Shown piece after piece: positions 15,988 to 29,777 of a stretch of DNA of 64,000 nt. Below the pieces are notes generated by a model. That model saw nothing but the letters and a program-made list of their open reading frames with translations. It had not been told where the DNA came from and did not search any database. The DNA comes from the human T2T-CHM13v2.0 reference genome, Homo sapiens, in assembly GCF_009914755.1 (NCBI RefSeq), contig NC_060936.1; one strand, 5' to 3'. Each line of letters begins with the position of its first letter. The stretch's first letter is position 1. A program made the translations under genes and the position numbers.

Positions 15988-16634
15988 CTTAATTGGTTTT
16001 GTGTGTCTCTAATTTTCTCTAGATGAGGAACTCAATACATGTTTCCTCATTGGATTACCACTGTGGGAGGCTCCAGGACAGTGAAGAGGTTAAGATCACA
16101 GGAGTCAAAGTCATAAATGCCTAGGTTCAACTTTTAGTGACTGGTCAAATGACTTCGCTTCTCTGAATCTCAGTTCTCCAACTATAATAACGGAGATGCA
16201 GAGAGTACCTATTCCACTGGGTTGTTGGAAAGATTGAATGAGATGATGAATGTAAGATTCTTAGTGATGTGCCTGGCAAGTAAGTATATACTTAATAAGT
16301 GTTAGCAGAAGGGACAGATCCCTGAACCAGAACCAAGATACACCAGATACTCAGTAAGTATTTGTGCAATGCTGTTTATGAAGCCTGGGGGAAAGTGTCT
16401 CTTTCTCTGGACCTCAGTATCCTCATCTGTGGACTGGCAATAGGAAGGTGTGCTGTGGGACTGGCATGAAGATCTAGTGAGATGGTATGGTTGAGAACAC
16501 TTAGCAAATCATACAGGCTGTCTGATGACACAGCTACTTTTACAGGTATTGTCTGCAGTATCCTCTGTCTCCTTATCTCCTTAGTAACCCCCAACCCTCA
16601 GCTCTCCCTCCCCTAATTCTTTCTGACAACTGTT

Positions 16635-16860
16635 TATCTACCTTGGTGTTATTGACATTTTGGGCTGGAGATTTCTCTGGTGTATGGGGCTGTCCTGCAT
16701 ACTGTAGAATGCCAAGCAGCATCCCTGACCTTTACCCATTCAATGCCAGAAGCACCCTCTGCCTCCACCAGTTATGACAACCAAAACTGTCTTCAGACAT
16801 TGCCAAATACCCCTGGAAGGAGGTCAGAAATGCCCTCTGCTCTGGTTAAAAGCCATTACT
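16635..16860. mobile_element. MER20 (hAT-Charlie)
   Basis: attgacattttgggctggag...gcagcatccctgacc...tgacaaccaaaactgtcttcagacattgccaaata. Confidence 0.85.
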
Positions 16861-17991
16861 TTAGAACAAGCCTAATGCATATAGCAAGGCAAAATTTGGA
16901 AGGAGGAAGAGGTGTCTGGAGCCTTCTGTGCTGCAGATACATAGAGAAATGATTACTCCATCTGCAGAGACTTCAGTTTAGCAAAGTGTGGCCTCAGACA
17001 AGTGTCTTAACCTCAGACAAGTGTCTTAACCTCTGCAAGCCTCAGTTTCCTCATCTGTACCTTGGGGTAAAAATTCCCACACCCCAGGGGTTGTGGTGAG
17101 GACCCAATGGAAGAGGATAACCACAGTGAAGACTGAATAAATCATAGCTATTTTTATTGTGTCTTTTGTTATGGTTACTGAGGTATGATAAAGTTCCCCT
17201 CTGCTTCTTGAATTTCAGATTTCATTTCAGCATTCATAGCATAGTTTGCAAACTGAAATGAATAAACTGGATTTGACCTTCAGACATGTTTTATTTGGCC
17301 TTCGATGTGATTAAAAAATGTTTCAATTCTTAGCTTACATTTAAATGTTGGGAGATTTTTATCTAGAATTCCAGATTTGGGGCTTTTCCTAGAGAAGTGG
17401 GGAATTGGCCAGGGCTGGAGCTGGTACCTGCCACCCCCTTTAGATGAGGTGTGTGCTCTCCTGTTTCCCCAAAGCCTCGCCAAGCTCATTTCAACTTCAC
17501 TCTATGGCATTTTCCTTTCGATTCCTGCAGGTATTTGAGTTTGCAATCCCTCAAAATGTTTTTGGAGAATTTTTTTCCAAGGCCCTCAGAGTTGGTGACT
17601 GTTATCCAAGTTTTTCTATTTCTTTCTTTAAAGCTGAGCCACTTGTGAGGTAAGGGTACGTCATTTTCGATGCTCCACCTAACCTCAATGTTCCTTTGAC
17701 TTTCTGACTCTTGACAGTGAGCCAAGATGGGACCATCTCCAAACCATCCTGTCAGTCTGGGGTGCTGTGCAGGGGTCCGAGGATCTGCCACCCCCATCCT
17801 GTTATCTGTTCCCATTTGCCTGACCCACGTCCTCCCCCAGTCCAATCTTCCCCAGCGAAACCAGAACTGTCAGCTTCTCGACAACCATTTATCAGACACG
17901 AGGAAATAACAGCTTTTAACCACGCTTGAAGACTGTGATCAAATTCCGAACCATTTCCAGAAGTGCCCCTTGGGGCCCAGGGGGAGACGTG

Positions 17992-18005
17992 GTTTCCATG
18001 ATAAC
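17992..18005. promoter_or_regulatory. RFX X-box candidate
   Basis: GTTTCCATGATAAC fits RYYNYY-N2-RRNRAC, in an apparently repeat-free block. Confidence 0.4.
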
Positions 18006-19091
18006 AAACTCTTTGCTGTCTCCCGTCTCCAGCCTCTGGGAAGAGAAGCAGATCTTACCTCCCTACGGTGCTAGAGGAAATTTAACTACAAAAGCTGGCA
18101 GAGATGACATATGCAGAAACAACAGCATCACCTTGATGGGGACCTGTAATCAAATGTGCTGTCCATGACGGCAGCTATAATGGAGAGTCTTGCGGCACCC
18201 TTCCCTCCAGACACGTCTTCTGGGTTTGCCTGGGCCGACGTCCAAAATGGAGAGATGGGGGAGCTATGACTGGAAGAAAGACTCAAGTTCTTTCCCGACA
18301 GGATTGTAGCCTCTCCTTCACATGATCTTGGGGCTTAAGTACTTTCCTGAGAATTATTAAAAAACTAAGTAGACAAAAGAGAAAACAGAAAATGAAACTA
18401 GGAAAGGCTGGGGAGGTAGGGAAGAGGCTTCCTTCATTTAAAAAAGATAACACATGCAAATTACTTAGAGGCTCTGATATCAAGAAAGCACTCCATATTT
18501 GTGATATTTATTATCCTCTGATTGGCTGTGCCTCAGAGGCTACAGTGATAACCGTGGCAAACTTCTACTGAGTTCTTAATTTATGTTCATGATCATTTTT
18601 AATTCTCATAACAGTCTTACCTGGGCATTGTTATGGCTGTCTCAGAGATAAACTGAGGCTCAGACTGGTTAAGCTTGCTGAGGTCACACAGCCTATTAGT
18701 AGCAGAATTTGATCCCAAACTCCAGTCTGTCTAATTCCAAAGTCCACGATCCTATCTACCACATTACACTGTATGTCCTTATTATAGTCTGAGTAGAATC
18801 AGTGTTAAGTCTGTAGGGAAGTGTAGAAGAGTCTGTGAACTTCTAAAGTCAATGGATATATCTACCTTATCTGTCATTTTATCTCCCATGCCTAGTGTAG
18901 CACCAGAAACATAGTAGGTGATAAATAAATATTCATGGGATTAATGAAAGAGCAATGATTAATTCAAATAGATGTATTTTTATCAGTGGGCTTTCAGGCA
19001 GGGTAAAGAGATGTGTTTGTATTGTAATTGTCTGTTTAATAGTCTTTCTCTGCCTCTTAATTGTGAACACCTGTTTCTGTGATGGTGTCTG

Positions 19092-19805
19092 AATTCATTT
19101 GTTAGGGCTGCCATAACAGAATATCACAGATTGGGTGACTTAAACAACACAAATCTATTTTCTCACAGTTTTGGAGGCTGGAAGTCTGAGATCAAGGTAA
19201 CAGCAGTTTCATTTCTTCTGAGACCTTTCTCAGAAGTAAAATACTTACCTTGTAAGATGGTGGTAAGTGCTAAAGAGAGAGAGAAAAAAAGCAGATATCT
19301 TTGGTAGAAACATGTTTCAAATTTGAATGTAAGATGATGTTATCCAAACATGGGTCCCTGTCCAGTGATGAGATCTTGGAGGAAGGCCTCCGACTACGGT
19401 GAACCGTAACACTCCAGATCTACCCATACATACACCCGCTCATCCACTCATCTGTCTACCTATCATCTATCCATCATCGATCCATCCATCTATCCCCTCA
19501 TCCACCCATCTATTCACCCATCCAAGTATTTTACTCCTTGGCTGGAGACAGCCATCTTCTCACTGTGTGCTCCCATGGTTGTCTCTCTGCACTTGAATGT
19601 ATCTGATGTCTCTGTCTGTGTCCTAATCTTCTCTTCTTATAAGGACACCAGTCATTATGAATTAAGGCCCACCCTAATGACCCCAACTTTAACTTAATTT
19701 CTCTTTAAAGACCCTGTCTCCAAACATAGTTACATTCTGAGGTACTGTCGGTTAGGGCTTTTAAATTGGAGTTAGGGGAATAGAGTATATAAATCATCCT
19801 GTAAC
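19092..19805 (-). mobile_element. MLT1 (B/C-like) LTR interrupted by a ~300-bp insertion (19232..19535)
   Basis: ttagggctgccataac...ggaagtctgagatcaagg...gagacctttctc | ccttggctggagacagccatcttct...ataaggacaccagtcat. The LTR reads continuously once the insert is removed. Confidence 0.8.
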
Positions 19806-20149
19806 AATATCTGTTTTGTTCACTTTCGTAGTCCTAGAACTTCACAGAGGGCCAAGTGCACACAGTTGGATAAGTAGGTTTAATTAATGAATGAAGGAAA
19901 GAATAGAAGACGGAAGAATGGATGGGGGAAGGACAGGTGTCATTTGCATGGATGAATTGATGGGTGGATCGATGATGGATAGATGACAGGTAGGCAGATG
20001 GGTGGATGGGTGGGAGTATGTATGGATAAATCTGGAGTGTGATGGTTCACCGTAGTTGGAGGCCTCCCTCCAAGATCTCACCAATGGGCAAGGACCCGTG
20101 CTTGTATAACACCATCTTACATTCAAATTTGAAATATGTTTCTACCAAA
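19300..20149. repeat. Inverted repeat, arms 19300..19490 and 19959..20149, 468-bp spacer
   Basis: Manual ungapped alignment: 22 mismatches in 191 bp (~88%). Inner ends are (TCCA)n/(TGGA)n-like. Confidence 0.95.
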
Positions 20150-20935
20150 ATGGACTAAATCTAAGTATCTAGGCGCAGGACCCTTGATAGTCCTTCCCCA
20201 GAATATTCTAAATTACATGGTTCTCTAATCAACTCTGAAAACTGTGTAAAACACTGGGGAACCTGAGGTCATAACTGCTTGAGAATTTAGTCGTCTTCTG
20301 TCTTTATTTCTTGCAAACAGCCACCTGGTAACTTTCCCTCTATTTGTCTTAGAAGGATTTGATTTCCTCTCATAGACATGTACAAACTGTGTCACATGGA
20401 GACCTTTTCTGATTACTAACAGTGGAGTGGGAAAGGGAGTTGAGCCCCCACAGATTTTGAGAAAGTCCACATCCTTTGGTGTTTCTGTTACAAGGTCTCA
20501 AGTGTGGGAGCTGTTACCTTATAACAGAAGTGGACAGGAGACCAGGTTCTCAGGGCAAAGGTTGCAGATCCAAGGACAAAGGACCCAGGGACCAGCTGAT
20601 TTATTTCTTTGCTTTTATTCACACATTCCCTCTCTTCCCCACCCCCTACCCATGGGTTTACAATGTGGATGGTTGTGGTATTACGTTCGGAAGAGGTTAG
20701 GGAATCTTTCACTGGGGAAATAGCACCTTTTCTTCTTTGTTATCTTAGACATGTTTGGAAACTGACTAGGAGCTCTTATTTCCCTTCTTTCTCCTCTTCC
20801 TCTGTCTCTTCTTTTTCTGTCTCCTCTTCCTTCATCTCCTCCTTCTCCTTCCAACAACTACCATATATTGAGCACTCAGCATAGGCCTGCCTCTATATCA
20901 AGAGTCTTACAAGTATTGTTACATTGAATCCTTAG

Positions 20936-21303
<368 letters not shown>

Positions 21304-21954
21304 CCCACTTTACTTTTAATGAGGCTGAGGTTCTGAAAGGTGAAGTCACTTGCTCAACGTCATATAGCTTGTTACAAGGCAGAAATGGGATTTAAACTCA
21401 GGTTGTCTGATGCTGAGCAAAGCTTATGCCTATAACTGTGACACAAAGACAAATAAATCCAAATGCCTACGTGAGATGCTTAGATGACAAGCAGTGGTGG
21501 GGACTGTGGCCAACTGAAGAATTCCTACCCTGGGTAAAGGAGGCTTCTGCTACCCATCTCCATCTGAATATTGCCAAGTGCGGGGGGTGGGGAGCAGTCT
21601 TCTGATTTTTCACGATTAGCTGGAAATCCAAATCTTTATGCAAAATCTCTTACATAAAGATTTTTTTCTCTTTTAAATGTCAGCGACTAATTAATTTTTT
21701 AATTGTGTAAGTCAAACATGCCTAGAGATGGAATTTAGCTTGAAAACTACCAATCTGTGACCGCTGCTTGAAACAACCACTAGAGTGCAGCTCCCATGGG
21801 CATGGAGCTACAACCCATGACATCCATCCATTGGCCCTAGATTCTGAGAGTCAGATTAATCTTTGTCTTCTTGTATGTTATCTGCTGACTCACAAAGAGC
21901 TATGGCTTCTGTAAAAGGAGAAGACCCAGATACTCTCAAAATAATATCTTGTAG

Positions 21955-22150
21955 AGCTGCATTTTCCGGTATAGTAGCCATCAGTGACATGTGGCTATTT
22001 ATATTTAAATTAATTGAGATTAAATAAAAGATAACATCCCATTTCCTAATCTCACTAGCCACATTTTATGTGTTTTGTGGCTACTATGTCAGGCAGCACA
22101 AATCTAACACATTTTCATCATCACAGAATGCCTTACTGGACAGACAGCCC
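21955..22150. mobile_element. MER3/MER33-like hAT MITE
   Basis: tagtagccatcagtgacatgtggctattt...ctcactagccacattt...cattttcatcatcacagaa. Confidence 0.75.
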
Positions 22151-22217
22151 TATTAAGAATCAAACTCTGGACCCATCCCTTTTCTCTGTCTTTTATCTCC
22201 CATAAAATACCTCTGCA

Positions 22218-22605
<388 letters not shown>

Positions 22606-23877
22606 TCATATATATTAATGGGAGAAAGCTAGTTGATCAGTCCACCTTCCTCTCATAGTAAATATGGACATCATTAGTGTCCTGAAGACTTTTGCCTGTT
22701 TCTCATTAGTTCAGAAGAGTAATTCTTGGAAAGCATTTCAGAACAGACAGATGAGCAGCAAACCCTTGGAAATGATTTTTGAGGGTGCCCAGTGCCAGCT
22801 TTCTACCCTTGAGAACTCCCACCCTCATGCTCTGTCTACTGCTGCTTCTGCAAGGACATCAGTGTAGTAAGTTAGTCCACGTGAGTCCTAGCTCAGTGAT
22901 GGGAAAGAAGATTAAATGAAGGCTCTCAAATGCGTCAAAGAGGAAAGAGTTCTTGGTGGGAATGTAGAACAGCTAATAAAAGAAGACAAGCTTGAAATTA
23001 ATGATGATTCAAAAATGCCAGAGTTACCAAGATTTTTTTAAGTAGTCAACGAGAAAGACAAAGTGCAGAAATTGGAACATTTACCAGACATGAAGAAATT
23101 GCAAGAATAGTTACCAGCCAAGAGGTAATTAGAAAAGACGTGGATGAGCTGGGGCATCTGCAAGGTTGGCAGAGGGTAAGGCATGGATATAAAGTGAATC
23201 TGCCAAATTGCCCTATGATTCAGGACCTGGGTGGGTGGGGAGCCAGAATATTAGGGGAAAAGAAAGCCAGAGGAAGAGCTATCTTTGCAGAAAGTTTCCT
23301 TAGGATAGCCATCTGGAATTGTAACAAGAAGACTTAATGAAGAATTGAAGTGAGCAACATACAGAGAGAAGTAAACCTTTTCAGGGTAGTACAAAACTAA
23401 TTATAAGAGACACGAAAGACTCAGTCAGATGGAGATCAAAGTGTCACCTTTATTACTGATAAAAAAAAAAGCTCTGCTGGAGGACACAGCTTGCGAATAC
23501 TCTCCTGAATTGAATTTATCCCTCACTCCAACTTCACCCAAACCAGTAGGACAATGCCTGCTCCTCTAACCTCAGAATGCACATTTTCTGCAGGCAAGTG
23601 GATCCCAAGAGAGTGACGACTTAGATGAGTGCTTTCAGTTCCTTCTTCCAGAAGCGCCAATCGAGTGGGGCAAGAGGTCAGGAATGTCACTCTATTGGAG
23701 GTCCCTCTATAAAGGAACATGAGGAATGGGGAATAAATGTTCCCCCTCCTGTTCCATCCCCTCCCCCAACAACATCAGACTGTTTCAAGAAAATGGTATA
23801 TTGAATATGAGAAAATAGAAATTGTGAAGTCATCAGAATTTGAGGAAAATATATGGGGCTGCCTGGCTGCCTGGAGT

Positions 23878-23880
<3 letters not shown>

Positions 23881-23917
<37 letters not shown>
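23881..23917. repeat. (CT)n microsatellite
   Basis: About 18 perfect CT units. Confidence 0.95.
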
Positions 23918-23922
<5 letters not shown>

Positions 23923-25014
23923 CTCCCCCTTACTCTTTTAGTTCCTCATTACTAGATTTTTACGTGAGTGGACTTTATACTGAGGTCCTGACTCAATCAC
24001 CTTCTTACTGCATCTGCTTTTCATGGATTATCACACTGACTCTATGAGTTAGGTGCTATTATCTCTCCATTTTACTGATGGGAAAACTGAGGCTCAGAGA
24101 TATTAAATATCTTGTCTAAGGTCACTCAGCTAGTAGGTGGAAGAGCCAGGATTTGAACCTGGTCTTGTGCCCTTGTCCGCTCCACTCCACCGCTGCCTCA
24201 TGACAGACAGAGAATCTGACTGGCTCAGCCTCTTTTTTGATTTTTTGTTTTCGTATCAGACCATGAGAGAAATGTGTGGGTCCATAGGCATTTGGAGACT
24301 TGTCCTATTCAGTGGCAACTAGAAGCCCTTCCCTTTCAGCCCTTTGTACCGCATTGTTATTCTTTGAAGGAGGTTGCTGACCTGAACAATGGTTACAGAC
24401 ATAATACAGACATTGGATGTACAATACAGACATAATACAGGTATTGGATGGTTGAGAGGGCAGCTCTAAAGTCAGACATATCAACATTCAAATTCAAGCT
24501 TAGCCAGTGACTTGCTATGTGACCTTGAGCAAGTCACTTCTACTCTTTGGGCCTCAATTTCTTTGCCTATAAATGGGCATTTTTCCCATTTATAAGAATT
24601 TAGTGAGCTACTGAGTGTTAACACTTAGCAGAGCAAACGTGGAATGAATGCATTTTTTTGTTATTGTTGCAGAGGAGTCAGAATAAGGAAGGTTAAACTT
24701 TCCATTGTTTGCCCAATTATGACAAGCCTCTTTGTGCTGCTCTGTTTTCGCCTATGGTGTTCCTCTCACCTACACTGTTCTTCCCTACCCCCGCCAGCTC
24801 CCCCAGTTTGATGACCTCCCACTTGTCCTTTAAGACCTTGTTTAACACTCACCTTTTTGGAGCCTCCTTAGACTCTCCCAAGCAGAATAAGGTGCTGCTT
24901 GTACACATCTCTGCTAGGTCCTTCTTCCTTTTCCTATTAGATATTATGATGAGCTGGTAACTTGCCTCTCTTCCCAACTCCCAACTAGGCTAGAGCTTTT
25001 AAAAACTCTACTAG

Positions 25015-25392
<378 letters not shown>

Positions 25393-25537
25393 TGATTTTA
25401 CAATAATATCACAACTTGTCTCTTTCCCCAATTTCCAACTAGGCTAGTTAGAGCTTTTCAAAACTAAAGAACCATGCCTGGTTCACCCAAGTGTTCCCTC
25501 ATTTCACTTGGACAACATGTTAAATGCTCAATAAATG

Positions 25538-26100
25538 TGTGAGTAAATGGATACTTAATGTATTAGTTATCTATTTCTGGTTAACAAATCATCCTCTAAG
25601 ACAACATACTCATGATCTCACATTCTGTGGGTTGAAAGTCTGGGTATGGTTTAGCTGAGTCCTTTGGTTCTGGGTCTCTCATAAGACTCAACTGGGAAAG
25701 ATCACTTCACAGACTCTCTCATGTGGTTGCTGGCAGGCCACAGTGCCTAGCAGAGTTGCTGGACTGAGACCTCAATTCTCAGTTGAATTGTTGGCTAGAA
25801 GCCTTCCTTGATTCTTTGTGATATGGGTCTCTCCATAGAGCATTTTACAATGTGGAAGCTGCCTTCAACAGACTGAGCAAGAGAAAGGACAAGAAAGAGT
25901 AGCTGCCAAGACAGTGCTAAACAAAAGAGTCATGTTTCTTGTAACCTCATCGTGGAAGTCACATGCACATCACCTTTGTCGTACCCTGTTCATTAGAAGC
26001 AAGTCACTAGGTTCACCCTGCATCAATGGGAAAGGATTGCACAAGGTTGCAAATATCAGGAGGCAGGGATCACTGGGAGCCACGTTGGCAGCTGCCTGCC
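25538..26100 (-). mobile_element. MLT1 (F/G-like) LTR
   Basis: tgtattagttatctattt ... tcattagaagcaagtcactagg ... atcaggaggcagggatcactggg. Confidence 0.75.
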
Positions 26101-26214
26101 TTGCTTAGCAAGGCAGAGGGTAACTGAAAGGAGAAAGAAGAAGGAAAGGAAATACCAAACGGAGAGGATGAGGAGGGGACAAGGAAGAAGAAATAGTGTT
26201 ATCCACACAATGGG

Positions 26215-26692
26215 TGGGCTCTAGCACTTGTTGGGTGATGGCCCAATGACCACAATCAAAGAAGATTTAGCAAGGGGATTTTATTACTTGAAGTAATTAA
26301 GGAAAATAGGGGTGATAGCTCCCAAAGCAGTGCCTTCCTGAGCTGAGGTCTGTCCGGTTTTATAAGGATAGGGTAATGAGACGTGATCTGATTGGATCTT
26401 GCAATGAGGTGATGCCAAGAGGAATGATCTGACTGGCTTCCACCATGGGGTGATTCCAGAGCTCGATCTGATTGGATCTTGGATTCTGCCATGTGGTGTC
26501 CGTGTCTTAATTCAGTTCCTGCTCCTTGGTCTGAGCACTTAGGTTCCCCGTGTGGTTGCATACTTGGTTTATCTGGGCATGCTAAGGTTATGTGACCTTC
26601 AACCTGGGAGTCCATGGCAACTAAAAAAAAAAAAATGACTCTACAACTTTGTTACATAAAAGTTGACTCAGATTGGTCTAGTGCAGTTACAG
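26215..26692. mobile_element. Probable ERV-derived LTR (family unassigned)
   Basis: Reverse-strand polyA-signal-like (ttttatt) and TATA-like (ttttataa) motifs, repeated gatctgattggatctt CCAAT boxes, ends ...gttaca. Confidence 0.5.
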
Positions 26693-29276
26693 TAAGAAGA
26701 AAGAAGAGAAAGGAAGTGGCAAGAAGGAGATCAGTCATAAAATACTAGGCATTTACTGTGTTTCCAGTAAGGTGATTTGAGACACAGCGCCATGACGTGG
26801 CCCCACCCCATGGGTGTCTGTCAGGATGAGAAGCCAGAAAATACACATGAGGGATGATTATTGGCAACTTAGGGTCATGGGTGGGGGACACTCCATGGTT
26901 CACCAAACCCCAAGTGTTATGAGATTAAGATTAGGGTGAACTAATTGGGCCTGGTACACTGAGAAAGCTGGAACTTGAACTGGGGCTTGTAACGTGAGTA
27001 TATTTGGGACAGAAAAACAGAGTGAGGAACAACGTGGGAGACTGTTTAGAGGTGAAAGACTTCTTAAAGAAAGGGGACTCCAAAATACCTGCCATGGAGG
27101 ATTCTAGGAGGGCACCACTGGGAGATGAGATTGCAGAAGCAGATGGAGACCAGGCTTTCAAGGGTCTTGAGAGTCTGTGAGATAGTTTTGAACTCATTTG
27201 GTGGACAGCTAGGAGACTTTAAAGGTGGTTGAGCGGAAGCAGCGTGAAGCCGGGTTAAGCGTAGAAATTTGGAATCAGGAACATTGGCTTTCCAATCCCT
27301 CTGCCACTTACCAGGTGTGAGAAGCTCTTTGGGCAATTTAAGTTCTCCAAGCCTCAGTGTCTTCATCTGCAACATATTAATGTCCTCTTCATGGATTTTT
27401 CTGAGGATTTGATACATAACGTATGTAAAGTGCTTAGCGTAGCGCCTGTCACGCAATGAGCTCTCAATGACAATAATAAAGTTATTATTATTACCATTAT
27501 TATTATTTCTGAGTTGGGGATGGGACACTTGGAGAGAGATGGAGAATTTTTTAAATGTCAAAGTCTTCCTCTTGGTGGCAGAACATTCATCTGGCCCCTT
27601 CCCTTGTCTCTTCTTGGTTGTGGACCGTGACAGATGAGCAATAGGGACTTAAAAGTGACAGATGTGTCCATCTAGGATAGGACAAAGAGGGGAGGGCCAG
27701 AGGGAGGTAGGGTTGAGGAATGACCTCACAATGCCCGGAATCATGGTCAATGGAGCTGCAGAGGTTGAAGGAACTGTCTTTACAGAAATGTAATTCTGAG
27801 GCCAAGCCAAGGGCAGAGTTCCCAGAATTTGCTTGGGGCACTGGCCCCGCAGTTCTCATTTAGAGAGAGTGGCCTGATGTGGATTCTAAAGACAGGAGGG
27901 TCCTTGGAGGTCAACGGGACGGACATCCCTCCTTGTACTGTATTGTTATTCTTTGAAGGAGGTTGCTGACCTGAGCAACTGGATTAGGGACAGTTGGGAG
28001 GGCCTCGGACTCAAGTAAATTAAGTTCCTGAGTTCTGTGATGGTAGGGTTCAGTCCTAGGTGAGTTGGGAAGTAGAAAAACTTTGTTTTCTTTTTTAAAT
28101 TCCTCATTTTGCACCCCCAAACTCCTTTTTACTCAGATAAAATATCTTTCCAGCTATGTCTTTTACTGTAATTCTTTCCTGTCTTCTTCTTCCAGTGAAA
28201 ATTTACCAACCCTGGATTACATTCCCTGCAATTCTGCTTTTTACTCATTTCATAAAGCAGTGGCTCTCAGACTTGTGAATTTCAAGTACTAGCGCATTTT
28301 TCGTGTTGAAACTTCCACGTTGAAATATACAGAGACAGTGTATAGGGACAGATACAGAGATATGGATATAGCTCATTGTAGAGATTGCCAACTCTTTATT
28401 CTTTCAAATACCTTTAAAAATTGTTCCATAAATGACGTGGTTTTTAAAAAAACTCTAAACAAATAAGAATAGTCTCAAATAAAAGGCAATCCTTTAAATA
28501 TAATAATTTTAGCTTTGTAAGAAACTCCCTTACATTGGCTTTATTTTTTTGCACCACGGACTATCATTTAGAAACTGCCATCATAGATAATTTATGCCAA
28601 GGTGTTAATGGCTTGATAACATGTTCATTTAGGAAATATCCAGCTCCTCCTATGTGTCAAGCCCTGTGTTAAATGCTGGACCTGCAGAGATGGAAAAAAC
28701 TAGGTATCTGGATGTCAAAAAATTATAGTCTGGTTGGGAAAACATTTATAAACAGTGATGCTGATACTAATGCGCTACCTCAGAGTGATGTGAGCTTTTC
28801 TAGCAGTTTAGACAAAATTCTTTAAGTTTTCAGGAGGGAAAGATGCAGAAAGCCTCATGAGTAAGTAGGAGTCGAGGGAGGGCATTGCAGGCAGAAGGAA
28901 CTGCCTGCTAGAGGGTGTATATTAAGAGCTGTCATTTATCCAGGAGCTACAATGTGCTGGATGCTTTAATGTCACCTCATTTCAACTCAGCAACAACTGT
29001 ATAAGTTGGATATTAAGACTCTCATTTTATCATAAAGAAGGTTTAGGAGGGGGAAGTCGCTTGCTGAAGATCACGTAGTAAGAGACAGGCATGGGGTTTG
29101 AATCTAGCCCTTCCTGACGTTAAAACCTACGTATCAAACCACCCCAGTGATGTCCTCCAAAAGCTTTAAATGGCTCTCTGATCTCATCCATACCCACCCC
29201 CACTGCTGCACCCCCCCATACTGCTTATAAGAAAATGAAACAGGAAATGAAAGATGGAGTTAAATTGTTAGTAGGT

Positions 29277-29777
29277 AAGGTTGCCAAACAAAATATAAGA
29301 TGCTTATTTAAATTTGAATTTCAGACAAAGAGTACTTTTTTTTTTTTTTTTTTTGAGACAGAGTCTCACTCTGTTGCCCAGGCTGGAGGGCAGTAGCATG
29401 ATCTCAGCTCACCGCAAGTTCCACCTCCCTGGTGCAAGTGATTCTCCTGCCTAAGCCTCTCGAGCAGCTGGGATTACAAGCGTGCACCACCATGCCCAGC
29501 TAATTTTTGTATTTTTAGTAGAGACAAGGTTTCACCATGTTGGCCAGGCTGGTCTGGAATTCCTAACCTCAAATGATCCTCCCACCTAGGCCTCCCAAAG
29601 TGCTGGGATTACAGGCGTGAGCCACCGTGCCCAGCTGAGTACTTTTTGTTTTTTTAGTATAAGCATATTCCAAATGTTACATGGGATATACTAACACTTT
29701 TAAAAATAATCCTAGTTCACCTGAAATCTAAATTTAACTGGGTGTCCTATATTTTTATTTGCTACATCTGTCCACCT
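29277..29777. mobile_element. MER53 palindromic hAT MITE split by an Alu
   Basis: ggttgccaaacaaaatataagatgc...ttaaatttgaatttcaga ... ctgaaatctaaatttaactgggtgtcctatattttt. Confidence 0.8.
29336..29636 (-). mobile_element. AluS inserted in MER53
   Basis: Full dimer; TSD gagtactttt. Confidence 0.96.

Noticed and set aside
22890-23480. Purine-rich, coding-looking stretch ending near an A-run (possible processed pseudogene)
   Set aside because: No sustained ORF, recognisable protein or TSD. More likely a very old LINE (CR1/L3-like) remnant, but I cannot confirm this.
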